A DNA stretch of 64,000 nt from Pyrinomonadaceae bacterium (GCA_041743485.1 JBGTMR010000184.1:4242-68241), one strand, 5' to 3'; positions 9,543 to 19,148 are shown, counted from the stretch's first letter. Notes: generated by a model not told the origin, from the sequence alone. Numbers and translations: made by a program.

Positions 9543-10301
9543 TTAGATGTTCTGACCGCCGGAAACCTCTATGCGCTCGCCGTTGATCCAGCCGCCGCCG
9601 TCCGACAGCATCGCGGCAACCGCTCTGCCGATGTCGTCGGGCAGACCGACGCGACCGAGCGCGATGGTGGATGCCAGCATCTTGTTGACCTCCGGGTTAT
9701 CGCGCACCGCGCCGCCGCCGAAGTCGGTCTCGATCACGCCGGGCGCAATGGTGTTGACCGTAATCCCGCGTGCGCCGAGTTCCTTGGCGAGGTAGCGCGT
9801 TAGCACCTCGACGCCGCCCTTCGCCACGGCGTATGCCGAGTAGCCGGGCAAGGTGAAGCGTGCGAGACCGGAAGAGATGTTGAGGATGCGTCCGCCGTCC
9901 GTCATCAACGGCAAAAGTTTTTGGGTCAGGAAGTAGGGACCCTTGAGATGAATCTTGATGAGTTGATCGAACTGCTCTTCGGTCGTCTCGGTGAACGCAG
10001 CGTTGATCCCGATCCCGGCGTTGTTGACGAGATAATCGAAGTCGGAGCGGTCGAATGTCTGCTGCAAACCAGACGACAAGGCGGAAGCGAAAGCCTCGAA
10101 ACCGCGACTATCGCCGGTGTCGAGTTGGAGCATGATCGCGCGTGCGCCTCTCTCTTCAACCTCGCGCACGACACTCATGGCTTCCGTCTCTTTGCTATGG
10201 AAAGTGCCGACAATGTTCACGCCTTGAGCGGCGAGGTGAAGTGCCATGCTGCGACCTAAGCCCCGGCTGGCTCCGGTGATGACCGCTACTTTTGCATTCA
10301 T
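9543..10301 (-). CDS. SDR-family oxidoreductase (FabG-like)
   Basis: VAVITGASRGLGRS, NNAG and YAVAK motifs. First gene of the minus-strand SDR plus Pao-like block. Confidence 0.9.
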   Translation of the reverse strand: MNAKVAVITGASRGLGRSMALHLAAQGVNIVGTFHSKETEAMSVVREVEERGARAIMLQLDTGDSRGFEAFASALSSGLQQTFDRSDFDYLVNNAGIGINAAFTETTEEQFDQLIKIHLKGPYFLTQKLLPLMTDGGRILNISSGLARFTLPGYSAYAVAKGGVEVLTRYLAKELGARGITVNTIAPGVIETDFGGGAVRDNPEVNKMLASTIALGRVGLPDDIGRAVAAMLSDGGGWINGERIEVSGGQNI

Positions 10302-10457
10302 CGTAAGGTTCCTAATGTTGTCGAGTTCAGAACGGCTGCGCTTCGACCTCAGACCTGTTACGTCATGCGCCTACGCCCGCCGCCTATCGCCGGACGCCCG
10401 GCTTGTTGCGGACTATTCATCAATGATGCCGCCCTGCTACTGTGTAAATGTGCAAGC

Positions 10458-10487
10458 ACTATAAGGAGGCGAATGTACACACCCCAA
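10458..10487 (-). promoter_or_regulatory. candidate sigma70-type promoter for the SDR/Pao-like operon
   Basis: The minus strand reads TTGGGG (10487-10482), an 18-nt spacer, then TATAGT (10463-10458). It lies immediately downstream of the direct-repeat pair at 10495-10527. Confidence 0.3.
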
Positions 10488-10494
10488 GGGTTTT

Positions 10495-10527
10495 GTGACA
10501 AGCGGTGTGCGGGCGGTGACAAGCGGT
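10495..10527 (-). promoter_or_regulatory. paired 12-nt direct repeats, candidate LytTR-regulator binding site
   Basis: GTGACAAGCGGT at 10495-10506 and again at 10516-10527, with exactly 21-bp periodicity. About 195 nt upstream of the SDR start at 10301. A near-identical pair sits at 12827-12859. Confidence 0.45.
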
Positions 10528-10785
10528 AATTCTCTCCGCAGATCGGTAAGTTGCGCGGATGCACACCGCTTAAAGCAGCCTCTGAAAGTAGACGATGTGC
10601 GCGCTCACTTTCGGCTCGCTGCTTTTGTCGAAGCTCATCCACCCACGCTTTGATCGTGATGATTGTGCGGCGTGCGACTTCGCTTTCAGCTTGTTCGGCG
10701 GTCTTCGGTACTTTCGATACAGACCTTGTTCGGTGATCGCGTTCGTCGCGCTTCATAACCCTGACGTTCATTATTCCGTTCCTCA

Positions 10786-11565
10786 TCACTCATCACCGAG
10801 CGGGTGTTTCAAATTCTTGCGGTAGCGGCGGCTCAAGGTGAGATTCGTGCCGTCACGCAGAATCGTTCGGTACTGCCCCGCGAGTTGTGGCTGCATCTCG
10901 CGTATGCGTTTGATATGGACGATTGTCGAGCGGTGGATGCGCGCAAACTTCGCCGGATCGAGTTGCGCTTCGAGGTTGCCGATAGTCTCGCGCAACAAGT
11001 AAGCGGATTTGCCGAAGTGTAGCCGCACGTAGTTGCCGTAAGCCTCGATCCAATCTATCTCGTCGGCATTGCGGAACAGCACGCGCCCGCCCGTGCGGAT
11101 GATGATGCGTTCAAGATGCGTAGAGCCTGCGCCGCTTGCCGCCTCCGGCATCGCGGTCGGTGAATCATCTTCCATCTGCGGAAAACTTTCGAGACGCAGC
11201 TTGGCGCGGGCGAGTGCTTTGGCGAAGCGTTCTTCATCGAACGGCTTGAGCAGGTAGTCGAGCGCGGCGGTGTCAAAGGCGCGCACGGCATACCGGTCAT
11301 ACGCGGTCAGAAAAATCACGACCGGAGTTTTGTCGGCACAAATGTCAGTCAGCACACCGAAGCCGTCTTTGCCCGGCATCTGTACGTCGAGAAAGAGTAG
11401 GTCGGGGCTTTGTTTTTCGATAGCGGCGACGGCTTCAAATCCGTCTTTGCATTCACCGATCACGACGACATCTTCGTCCCGTTCGAGCAAGCGGCGCACG
11501 CGCTCGCGTGCGAACGGTTCATCGTCAACGACGAGCGCGCGTATCTTCTTCGTCTCACTTGTCAT
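10786..11565 (-). CDS. LytR/AlgR-family response regulator (receiver + LytTR DNA-binding domain)
   Basis: ALVVDDEP...DLLFLDVQMP receiver. The C-terminal ...IDWIEAYGNYVRLH...LEAQLDPAKFARIHRSTIV is a LytTR pattern. Confidence 0.9.
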   Translation of the reverse strand: MTSETKKIRALVVDDEPFARERVRRLLERDEDVVVIGECKDGFEAVAAIEKQSPDLLFLDVQMPGKDGFGVLTDICADKTPVVIFLTAYDRYAVRAFDTAALDYLLKPFDEERFAKALARAKLRLESFPQMEDDSPTAMPEAASGAGSTHLERIIIRTGGRVLFRNADEIDWIEAYGNYVRLHFGKSAYLLRETIGNLEAQLDPAKFARIHRSTIVHIKRIREMQPQLAGQYRTILRDGTNLTLSRRYRKNLKHPLGDE

Positions 11566-12703
11566 CTTGCGTCCGGCTCGCCATTACGCGGTAGGGAATC
11601 GTCATCTCCGCTTCGACACCGCCGCCCGCAGCGTCGCGCAACTCGAAGCGGTGTCCGTCGGCATAGAGCTGTTCGAGCCGCTGACGAGTGTTTTGCAACC
11701 CGACGCCTTCGCGCACGCCTGTGGTCTGCCATCCGGCGGGCAAGCCCGTTCCGTCATCACGAACCGAGACGCGCAACTTGTCGGCGTCGCGCTTAATGTT
11801 GATGTTAATCGTCCCTGCGCCGGGTTTGCGGGCGATGCCGTGCTTAATCGCGTTCTCGACTAAAGGTTGCAGGATCATGTTCGGCAGACGCGCGTCGAGG
11901 CTCTGCGGATCAACATCTATATTGATCGTGAGCCGATCATGGAAGCGCATCCGCTCGATGTCGAGGTATTTCTCCAGAAATTCCAACTCCTGTTTGAGCG
12001 GCACTTCCTGCGTGCCCTGCGTCTCAAGCGCGAGCCGCAGCAAATCGCCCAAGCGTGCCACCATGCGATCCGCTGCCTTCGTGTCGCGGTGCATAAGTTC
12101 GGAGATCGTGTTGAGCGTGTTGAAGAGGAAGTGCGGATGAAGCTGCATCTGCAAGGTCTGCAACTGTGCGCGGACAAGCTGCGCTTCGAGTTTGTGCGCT
12201 TGCGCCGCGAGCTTGTGCGCTTCCGCTTCGCGCTCGTGGTAGCGGCGAAAGTAGAACGTGCCGTGACTGATGCCGACGATGCCGACGTAGGTCAGCAGAT
12301 TGAGGTGTATATGCTTCGTGAACAAGAATACGAATGATGACCGGAATGGGGTCTGAGCGTAGAACTCATTTCCGACCAATGCTTGCGTAGCTATTTGTAT
12401 AACGAGATGCGTGAGCGAGAAGAGGGCGCACGCTGCCAAATGGAACACCAAAGCCGCGTGCCACCTCCCGCGCTCGAAGCGGAAGCGGCGTGCGAGACTG
12501 AAGATGAGCGGCGTCATTGCCGCCCAGATGTACCAGTTGCCGAACGACCAGAGCAGCACGTCCGACCAGCTTTTTTTATCCCCGCTCGCCTCGTAAAAGA
12601 AGTATGACTGACTGGCGAAAACAAGTGCCAGAAGCGTGCAGACACCTAAAACGAGCAGTGTTCCCCACCGATTTGCTTTTGCGCCTCTCGCTTCACTTCG
12701 CAT
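11555..12703 (-). CDS. LytS-type sensor histidine kinase
   Basis: Multi-TM N-terminus, then LQMQLHPHFLFNTLNTI (His_kinase PF06580-like) and a C-terminal HATPase (NAIKHG...GVGLQNTRQRL). An alternative start is at 12745; I prefer ATG 12703, which is preceded by AAGG. Confidence 0.85.
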   Translation of the reverse strand: MRSEARGAKANRWGTLLVLGVCTLLALVFASQSYFFYEASGDKKSWSDVLLWSFGNWYIWAAMTPLIFSLARRFRFERGRWHAALVFHLAACALFSLTHLVIQIATQALVGNEFYAQTPFRSSFVFLFTKHIHLNLLTYVGIVGISHGTFYFRRYHEREAEAHKLAAQAHKLEAQLVRAQLQTLQMQLHPHFLFNTLNTISELMHRDTKAADRMVARLGDLLRLALETQGTQEVPLKQELEFLEKYLDIERMRFHDRLTINIDVDPQSLDARLPNMILQPLVENAIKHGIARKPGAGTININIKRDADKLRVSVRDDGTGLPAGWQTTGVREGVGLQNTRQRLEQLYADGHRFELRDAAGGGVEAEMTIPYRVMASRTQDDK

Positions 12704-12826
12704 CGTTTTTACCTTACCACCCGCTTTTAGCCTTCGTAATCTCATGCATCAATTTCGCTGATCTCAATGACGTTGCGGTGTAAGACGGAAGTGGCGTGAA
12801 TGATGATGTCATCTCGACAAAGTTAT

Positions 12827-12859
12827 GTGACAAGCGGTGAGCAGGCGGTGACGAGCGGT
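12827..12859 (-). promoter_or_regulatory. paired 12-nt direct repeats, candidate LytTR autoregulatory site
   Basis: GTGACAAGCGGT at 12827-12838 and GTGACGAGCGGT at 12848-12859, with 21-bp period. About 80-125 nt upstream of the kinase start. Confidence 0.45.
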
Positions 12860-12966
12860 GTCATCAAATGGTCTCTAGCACAAACAATCACCCGCTTCTT
12901 CAGCCGTCATTCCAGCGCGCACGACCGTGCCTACGCAACGCTTGCCGTCACACAGCTTATGTTCCT

Positions 12967-13416
12967 TCACCTCGATTGCCCGCCAGTTTGTCCGGTGATT
13001 CGTTTTTGCTCTAGCAAGTACGCTGTGCCGAGCAGCGCGAAGATAACGATGTCCATCGCTAATTGACCGGGAAGACCGAGCAGCGTCGGGACATTGGCAG
13101 CGAACTCTGGATCAACTGCCGCGACGCCGGGGAACAGGAAGGCGAGCAACTGCGTCGCGTAGTAGAGCGAGGCGAACAAAATGGCGAGGCTGACATTCGA
13201 TTGTTCATCTCCCCCACGCCTGCCCCAGAGAAAGTAGAGCGTGAGCGCGCCTAGAACCGGACCGAACGCCATCGTCTGCGCGTTGTGGTACTTGGCGTGC
13301 GGCGTCCAGCGCGGGTTATAGATGTGCGTCTCGTTCCAGTCCGCGAAGAACGGGGCAAAAATCGTAAACAGTGCGATCAGCGTGACGATCCACACTCCTA
13401 TCTTCAAACCTTTCAC
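12967..13416 (-). CDS. hypothetical integral membrane protein
   Basis: 149-aa ORF with about 4 hydrophobic segments. No family recognised. Confidence 0.6.
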   Translation of the reverse strand: MKGLKIGVWIVTLIALFTIFAPFFADWNETHIYNPRWTPHAKYHNAQTMAFGPVLGALTLYFLWGRRGGDEQSNVSLAILFASLYYATQLLAFLFPGVAAVDPEFAANVPTLLGLPGQLAMDIVIFALLGTAYLLEQKRITGQTGGQSR

Positions 13417-13533
13417 TTGTCATCCTCCTGATTGCCGGGTTGCGTGTTTGAATTGCAACTAAGTAATTATCTCCGGCTCAGTTTCATAAATCATCTTCAA
13501 CTGGAGAATTAGTAAAACTAGGCTGCAAATTCT

Positions 13534-14100
13534 CTAGGCGTGCGGCAGCATCTCCGTTTTATATTTTGACAAAAGAGCTTCGGTTTTCGCTTTTAACGCC
13601 GCCTGTGCTGCCTCGTCGAGTTTGGGCGGCGGCGTTGTCCGGCTCGCTACGGGGACGCCGACTTCCATAAAAAACTCATCCTGACCCGCAGGCGCGCAAA
13701 TGCACAGCAGGTGCGCCGCTTTGTCGGATTTGTTTTGAAATTGGTGCGGCGCGTTTGCCGGAATATTGACGGTCTCGCCAATTCGCACTGTTGATTTTTC
13801 GCCGCGAAAAGTGGTTTCAATCTCGCCCTCTAAAACGGTGAACGATTCCTCGAAATCGTGGCGATGCGGTGGAGGTCCGCCGCCGGGCGGGACGTGCATA
13901 TCAATCAGGCAGTATTGACCGCCTGTGTCTTTGCCCGATAAAAGAATCGTGTAGGTATCTCCGACCAAACCTATGTGCGGCAAACTCCCGTGTTCGTTTG
14001 GTTTTGCAATCGTGAGGCTACGCTGTAAGTCGTCGGGTGGCAGCGGCGCGATTGCCGGTATTGATTTTCCTTCGCTCGTTTTTGATTTCACTTCAGACAT
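13534..14100 (-). CDS. cupin-domain protein
   Basis: GGGPPPHRHDFEESFTVLEGE...NIPANAPHQF matches the two cupin motifs G(X)5HxH...E and G(X)5PxG...H. Confidence 0.8.
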   Translation of the reverse strand: MSEVKSKTSEGKSIPAIAPLPPDDLQRSLTIAKPNEHGSLPHIGLVGDTYTILLSGKDTGGQYCLIDMHVPPGGGPPPHRHDFEESFTVLEGEIETTFRGEKSTVRIGETVNIPANAPHQFQNKSDKAAHLLCICAPAGQDEFFMEVGVPVASRTTPPPKLDEAAQAALKAKTEALLSKYKTEMLPHA

Positions 14101-14228
14101 TTTGTTGTTCTCCTATTTTTTTGACTTCACCTCAGCCGATGTCCGCCGTCGCGCTCTCAAAAATTTGAGATTGTGTCGTTGGTTTCTGTCGCTGAAATCG
14201 TCATAGTCGTTCGCTCTTTCGTTCGGCA

Positions 14229-15128
14229 CTAATGCGATTGTCCTCTTACCCGCCCCTGCACGCTCGTCCAACGCAAGTCCGGGTAACGGTCGTTATCGAG
14301 TGGGTCGAGTTTGCCGCGACCCTCGAACATGTCACGCATGTACTCCATACCTTGCCATACCGGAAACACTGATTGACGTTGCGGCGCAACGAACTTGACG
14401 AGCCGGATCAGCACGCCGAGCGAACCCGTGCCGCCGACGCGCAACGTCCGGTATCGTTGACCTGTGATGTCGCTCATCACGCAGGCAATGTCGCGTGCGC
14501 TGACCGAGTCGCCAGCGATCCGCAGTATTAGCGGTGTCTTGTCGTCAAGCGCGGCGGCGGCGGTGTAAGCGGCAACGTCGTCTTTGGTGGTGAAGTCGAG
14601 CAACTGATCGGCATCGCCCCAGTAGATCACACGGCGCAGTCGCTTCTGGATGATAGGCATCTCGGCTCCGAGCATGTCCATGAACGCGCCGTTGAGGATT
14701 GATGTCACCTTAATCTGTGACTGGTCGGCGCGCGTCATGAACTCGCGGCGGAGGTCTAGGTTGCGGTTGTTACCCGGCGTCGTTTTGGTGAAGTCGAGCG
14801 AGAAATCCGACGAGATGAAACGCCCCACGCCCGCTTTGACGGCGGCATTGAGCAACACGCCTTGGCGCTCGACGATTACGTTTTGAAGACCGTTGAGGGC
14901 GGAGACGACGCAGGATGCGCCAGCGCACGCTGCGGCGACCGAGACGATGTCGTTCACGTCGGCATTTGTGGTCGTCGCGCCGAGCGCGGCGACCCGCGCT
15001 CTGTCGGCGTCTGACGCATCCGTTCGCATTAGTGCCCGCAGACTTGCGCCACTGGCGACGAGTGACTTTGCGATGCGCCCGCCGAGATCGCCCGCAGCAC
15101 CGGCGAGAAGAATGATTGGTGTATTCAT
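14229..15128 (-). CDS. NmrA-like NAD(P)-binding protein
   Basis: Start trimmed to ATG 15128, giving MNTPIILLAGAAGDLGGRIAKSL (Rossmann). The longer 376-aa version has an Arg/Pro-rich leader that overlaps the upstream gene. Confidence 0.8.
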   Translation of the reverse strand: MNTPIILLAGAAGDLGGRIAKSLVASGASLRALMRTDASDADRARVAALGATTTNADVNDIVSVAAACAGASCVVSALNGLQNVIVERQGVLLNAAVKAGVGRFISSDFSLDFTKTTPGNNRNLDLRREFMTRADQSQIKVTSILNGAFMDMLGAEMPIIQKRLRRVIYWGDADQLLDFTTKDDVAAYTAAAALDDKTPLILRIAGDSVSARDIACVMSDITGQRYRTLRVGGTGSLGVLIRLVKFVAPQRQSVFPVWQGMEYMRDMFEGRGKLDPLDNDRYPDLRWTSVQGRVRGQSH

Positions 15129-15285
15129 ATTTGTACGCTCATATTTGTAACTCGCCGAATCAATCAGCGTCCGTTGGAACGCAAACGGGTCAGCCCCCGG
15201 CAGAAAGTCCACGCCGTAGTGCAGGAACTGTTCGGGCGTCATCGTCGTTGGCGGCGTCAACCCTTTGGGCGGAATGACGATCTCT

Positions 15286-16227
15286 TTATCGCTGTCCTCC
15301 TGCTTGTTGCGAAGCCGCTCTGGGCAGTGAGCGCGCGGCGAACTCGGCGAAGCTGTCAAGTTTCAAGTCAGGGTAGCGGTCGTTTTGAAGATCAGTCAAA
15401 GCGGTCTGACCCGTCAGCATGTAAAGCTGATAGGCGAGCATCACGACTTTGAACGGGTTGGACGTGTCTTGCTTTGCCTTCGCCATCGCCGCGCGCAAAT
15501 CGGCTTCCGAGCCGAGCGAGCGACGCTCGAACGTGCGTCCCGTCTGTGCTTCAATCACCTTCGTCGCGTCGAGGATTGATACACGCTCGCCAGCGAAAGC
15601 AAACTTGCCAGCGGGAACGCTTTCGTCAACCGCAACCCGCGCCACCATCCGCGCGGTGTCTTCGACGCTGGTGACTTCAATCGGACGTGTGCCGTCACCC
15701 CAGAAACTGACGATGCCTGCGTCGTAGTCAATCGCGCCCGCGCCGGGTTTGAACATCTCCATGAATGCGCCGTTGAGAATGTGAACCGACTCAATACCCG
15801 TCTTCGCAATTCCTTCATCGGCGTTGCGGCGCAAATCAAACATCAAATGCTCACCCGGAGTCGCCTTGAACAAGTCGAGTGCAAAGTCTGACGGCAGGAT
15901 GCGCCGCACGCCGTTGCGCTTCCCGGCTTCCGCCAAAGCGACCTGTCCGTTGACAATCACATCTGCTCCGCCCTGTACCGCCGACACAATCACGTCAACG
16001 CCCTCGGTCGCACGCTCAAGCGAAGCAGGGTCGGCGAGGTCGCCTTCGACGACCTGCGCGCCGCCGTCGAGCAGCGGTTTCAGCGTGTCCTTGTTTTTCG
16101 CGTCATCAGCCGCGCCAGCGCGCAGCATAAGTCGAAGGCGCGTGTCCGCACGGTCAAGCAGGTGGCGGGCGATGCGTGAGCCGAGCATCCCGGATGCGCC
16201 GACCAATAGAGTTGTCTGAGTCTTCAT
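15286..16227 (-). CDS. NmrA-like NAD(P)-binding protein
   Basis: TLLVGASGMLGSRIARHL Rossmann N-terminus. Paralog of 14229-15128. Confidence 0.85.
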   Translation of the reverse strand: MKTQTTLLVGASGMLGSRIARHLLDRADTRLRLMLRAGAADDAKNKDTLKPLLDGGAQVVEGDLADPASLERATEGVDVIVSAVQGGADVIVNGQVALAEAGKRNGVRRILPSDFALDLFKATPGEHLMFDLRRNADEGIAKTGIESVHILNGAFMEMFKPGAGAIDYDAGIVSFWGDGTRPIEVTSVEDTARMVARVAVDESVPAGKFAFAGERVSILDATKVIEAQTGRTFERRSLGSEADLRAAMAKAKQDTSNPFKVVMLAYQLYMLTGQTALTDLQNDRYPDLKLDSFAEFAARSLPRAASQQAGGQR

Positions 16228-16271
16228 AAATATCCTTTTCGTAGTTCAACACAAATCACTGTGGATGTTCT

Positions 16272-16291
16272 CGCGTGTGTGCGCGCGCGCG
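16272..16291. repeat. 20-nt perfectly alternating pyrimidine-purine tract (CG/TG)10
   Basis: CGCGTGTGTGCGCGCGCGCG lies in the divergent region between the NmrA-like gene and the sigma54 activator. Confidence 0.9.
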
Positions 16292-17678
16292 CCGATTGTG
16301 GGCGCATAAATTTCGTTACCGATGCTGTCAACCATTGCGCGTGTTCACCAGCCGAACGACTCAGACCGTCGCGTGTTCAGCGCACGCGCGTCTTGCGAAG
16401 CCGTTGCGTCGAGCGTTCTCTGTACGCGCCCCCTGCTCTTTCGCATCTCACGGCGTGCGCTCAACGCTCCCGCGTGGTCGAAGAATCCCTCGACGAGCGG
16501 CGAGAACATCGCTCGGTGTTGTAGGCATCGTGCGCGCGAGCGAAAACGCTTTCACGGAAGAGGATGCGGTGTTACTCACGCAGGTCGCTCAACAGGTGGC
16601 GATTGCGGTCGAGAACGCGCTCGCGTTTCGTGAAATTGAAACACTCAAGAACAAACTCAAAGAAGAAAAGCTCTACCTTGAGGAAGAGGTTCGCGCCAAA
16701 CACAACTTCGAGGAAATCATCGGGCAAAGCACCACTCTCAAGCGCGCGTTACAAGATGTGGAGACGGTCGCGCCGACCGACTCGAATGTTTTGATTTGCG
16801 GCGAAACCGGCACGGGCAAGGAACTCATCGCCCACGCGATTCATAACTTGAGCGGGCGAAGCAAGCGCACGCTCGTTAAAGTTAACTGCGCGGCGATTCC
16901 AACGGGCTTACTGGAAAGCGAATTATTCGGTCATGAGAAGGGCGCGTTCACCGGCGCAATTGAGCGACGCATCGGACGCTTCGAGACGGCGCAAGGCGGC
17001 ACGATCTTTCTCGATGAAGTCGAAGACATCCCACTCGAATTGCAATCAAAACTGCTGCGCGTGATACAGGAAAGAGAGTTCGAGCGATTGGGGAGTTCGC
17101 GCACGATCCGTGTTGATGTTCGCATCGTCGCTGCCACGAACGCCGATCTCGCTGGGTTAGTGGCGGAAAAGAAGTTTCGGAGCGACCTGTACTATCGCCT
17201 CAACGTCTTTCCGATTACCTTGCCGCCCCTTCGTGAGCGGCGCGAAGACATTCCGCTCTTGGTGCGTTTCTTCACGCACAAGTTTGCACGGCAGATGAAG
17301 CGACAGATAGAAAAGATTCCATCTGTGACGATGGCGGCTCTCACGGCTTATCACTATCCGGGCAACATCCGTGAGCTACAAAACATGATCGAGCGCGGGG
17401 TAATTCTCTCGCGCGGTCGCACGCTTGACCTGCCTCTGAGCGAGTTGAATCTCTCAACCAAGTCAGTGCAAGCGGAGTCGCCGGAGAACGGTCATACTCC
17501 GGTTCAGAGTGACGGCTTAACACTCGAAGCGGTCGAGCGCGAACACATCCTGCGCGTCTTGCGCGAGTCGGATTGGGTGATCGGCGGCGCGACCGGAGCC
17601 GCCGCGCGACTTGGCATCAACCGCACTACACTCAACACCCGGCTGCACAAGCTCGGCATCTCTCGCCCACGTCAATGA
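16275..17678 (+). CDS. sigma54-dependent transcriptional activator (AAA+ plus Fis-type HTH) with a degenerate N-terminal GAF remnant
   Basis: GETGTGKE Walker A, GAFTGA loop, a RELQN-containing C-terminal segment of the AAA+ module, and a C-terminal HTH (AAARLGINRTTL). A sensible protein sequence begins only near nt 16512 (LGVVGIVRASENAFTEEDAVLLTQVAQQVAIAVENA, the tail of a GAF domain). The first ~80 codons are Arg/Cys-rich nonsense, so the true start is unknown. Confidence 0.8.
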   Translation: MCARARRLWAHKFRYRCCQPLRVFTSRTTQTVACSAHARLAKPLRRAFSVRAPCSFASHGVRSTLPRGRRIPRRAARTSLGVVGIVRASENAFTEEDAVLLTQVAQQVAIAVENALAFREIETLKNKLKEEKLYLEEEVRAKHNFEEIIGQSTTLKRALQDVETVAPTDSNVLICGETGTGKELIAHAIHNLSGRSKRTLVKVNCAAIPTGLLESELFGHEKGAFTGAIERRIGRFETAQGGTIFLDEVEDIPLELQSKLLRVIQEREFERLGSSRTIRVDVRIVAATNADLAGLVAEKKFRSDLYYRLNVFPITLPPLRERREDIPLLVRFFTHKFARQMKRQIEKIPSVTMAALTAYHYPGNIRELQNMIERGVILSRGRTLDLPLSELNLSTKSVQAESPENGHTPVQSDGLTLEAVEREHILRVLRESDWVIGGATGAAARLGINRTTLNTRLHKLGISRPRQ

Positions 17679-17898
17679 CCGTATGCAGGGAAATGTCCGA
17701 CGCTTTGAAAATCGCCCGACGCTACAAGCGGCATCCTGCTTTCAAAAAGGGGCGCAAGATGACTTAACATCCCGCGCCCTTGAGTGATCTTCAATCTTCA
17801 GTATTTCAGTTCCCGCGCGCCTCAAAGATGTCGCCAAGCAACAGTACGCGGTCTAGTTTCTCCGCGCTTGGCTGAAGTTACCTGCACACTCTTTCTCA

Positions 17899-18281
17899 TC
17901 AAGCAGTTTGCGCCAAAAGATTTTCCTTCCACACATCAGCCACGATTTCATAAGAACGGAGCCTTGCCGTGTGATCGAAAATCATCGAGTTAAGCATCAA
18001 CTCATCGGCGTCTGTGTCCGCCAGAAGTTTTTGCAAACCACTTTTCACCGCCGCCGCGCTGCCGATTATCGAACCGCCCAAACGAGATTCGACAGCCGCC
18101 TTTTCCCCCGCCGTCCATAACTCGTTCATGTTCTCAACAGGCGGCTGCATTTCGCCCGGTGTGCCACGCATCAACCGTAGAAAAGCCTGAAACTGCGTCG
18201 TCGCCAGAAACTGCGCTTCCCGGTCAGTCTCGGCGGCGATGCAGTTTATCGCCAGCATCGCATACGGGTTTTCTAATTTTT
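17899..18281 (-). pseudogene. 3' fragment of a luciferase-like (LLM-class) flavin monooxygenase gene
   Basis: ...KKLENPYAMLAINCIAAETDREAQFLATTQ...LMLNSMIFDHTARLRSYEIVA matches only the C-terminal third of LLM/YhbW-type proteins. The frame opens directly at the stop of the upstream NmrA-like gene. Confidence 0.65.
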
Positions 18282-19148
18282 TCAGGAGGCTTCGGCGGCG
18301 AACTCTTCGATAGTCGTCTCTCCTCTGCGAGTCTCGGTCGCTGCGTTGTTCTCAAAAACTATGTGACCGGAGTTAAAGCCGCGCATCATCTCGACGTAAC
18401 TGTTCGCAGCTTCCGGCGAGAAGCCGAAGCCTTCGACCGTCCGCTGCCACTCGCTTTCAGGCACGGCGACGGCTCGCACATCGCGCTTCAACGCAGCAGC
18501 GAAAGCGGCTGCCGTATCGTCCGGCGAATAATCCGCCGCGCCGTAGAGTTCGATGATGCGCTTGCCCGTCCACTCTTCGGTTAACGCAACGGCGGCAGCG
18601 CGCCCGATGTCTTTCGCCGCCACCATCGGAATCTTCCGCTCAAGCGGCTGATAGAAGCTCGGCAAAATGCCTTTTTCGGCGGCGACTGATACCACGCCGT
18701 TCCAGTTGTCCATAAACGACGCGGCGCGCAAGAATGTTACGGGAATCGCTAGCTCGCCGAAGATGTTTTCTAGGATGTGCGTCGTCAGGATATTGCCCGT
18801 GCCAGATGCGTGTTGCGAACCGACGGATGAAAGCAAAACGGCTTTATGCACGCCGGAATTCCTTATCGCTTCTCCGTAATGCGCGCCGACTTCCTTAGCC
18901 ACCGCGCACATATCGGTGGCGTTATAAGCGGGCGGATTCATCGCGTAAACGCCTGTCACGCCATTCAAAGCTGCGGTCATCGCACTCGCGTCCGTCAGGT
19001 CGGCAAAAGCAACGTCCGCGCCTTTCGCCCGCCAAGCGTCGGCGGCTTTATCCGAGCGCAGCACGACGCGCACCGGAAGGTGTTTCTCAAGCAAAGTGTC
19101 GGCAACCGCCGAACCGGTTTGTCCGGTTGCGCCAAAAACAACATACAT
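18282..19148 (-). CDS. NmrA-like NAD(P)-binding protein
   Basis: MYVVFGATGQTGSAVADTLL Rossmann N-terminus. Confidence 0.85.
   Translation of the reverse strand: MYVVFGATGQTGSAVADTLLEKHLPVRVVLRSDKAADAWRAKGADVAFADLTDASAMTAALNGVTGVYAMNPPAYNATDMCAVAKEVGAHYGEAIRNSGVHKAVLLSSVGSQHASGTGNILTTHILENIFGELAIPVTFLRAASFMDNWNGVVSVAAEKGILPSFYQPLERKIPMVAAKDIGRAAAVALTEEWTGKRIIELYGAADYSPDDTAAAFAAALKRDVRAVAVPESEWQRTVEGFGFSPEAANSYVEMMRGFNSGHIVFENNAATETRRGETTIEEFAAEAS

Noticed and set aside
10358-10789. 143-aa ORF whose start overlaps the LytTR regulator stop (ATGA)
   Set aside because: Only the first ~60 residues look protein-like and the rest is low-complexity. The ORF also runs across the direct-repeat pair and the promoter-like element at 10458-10527. 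A short real peptide cannot be excluded, but I do not call it.
12800-13066. 88-aa plus-strand ORF covering the second LytTR repeat pair
   Set aside because: It overlaps the 3' end of the membrane-protein gene on the opposite strand, and it has no RBS or motif.
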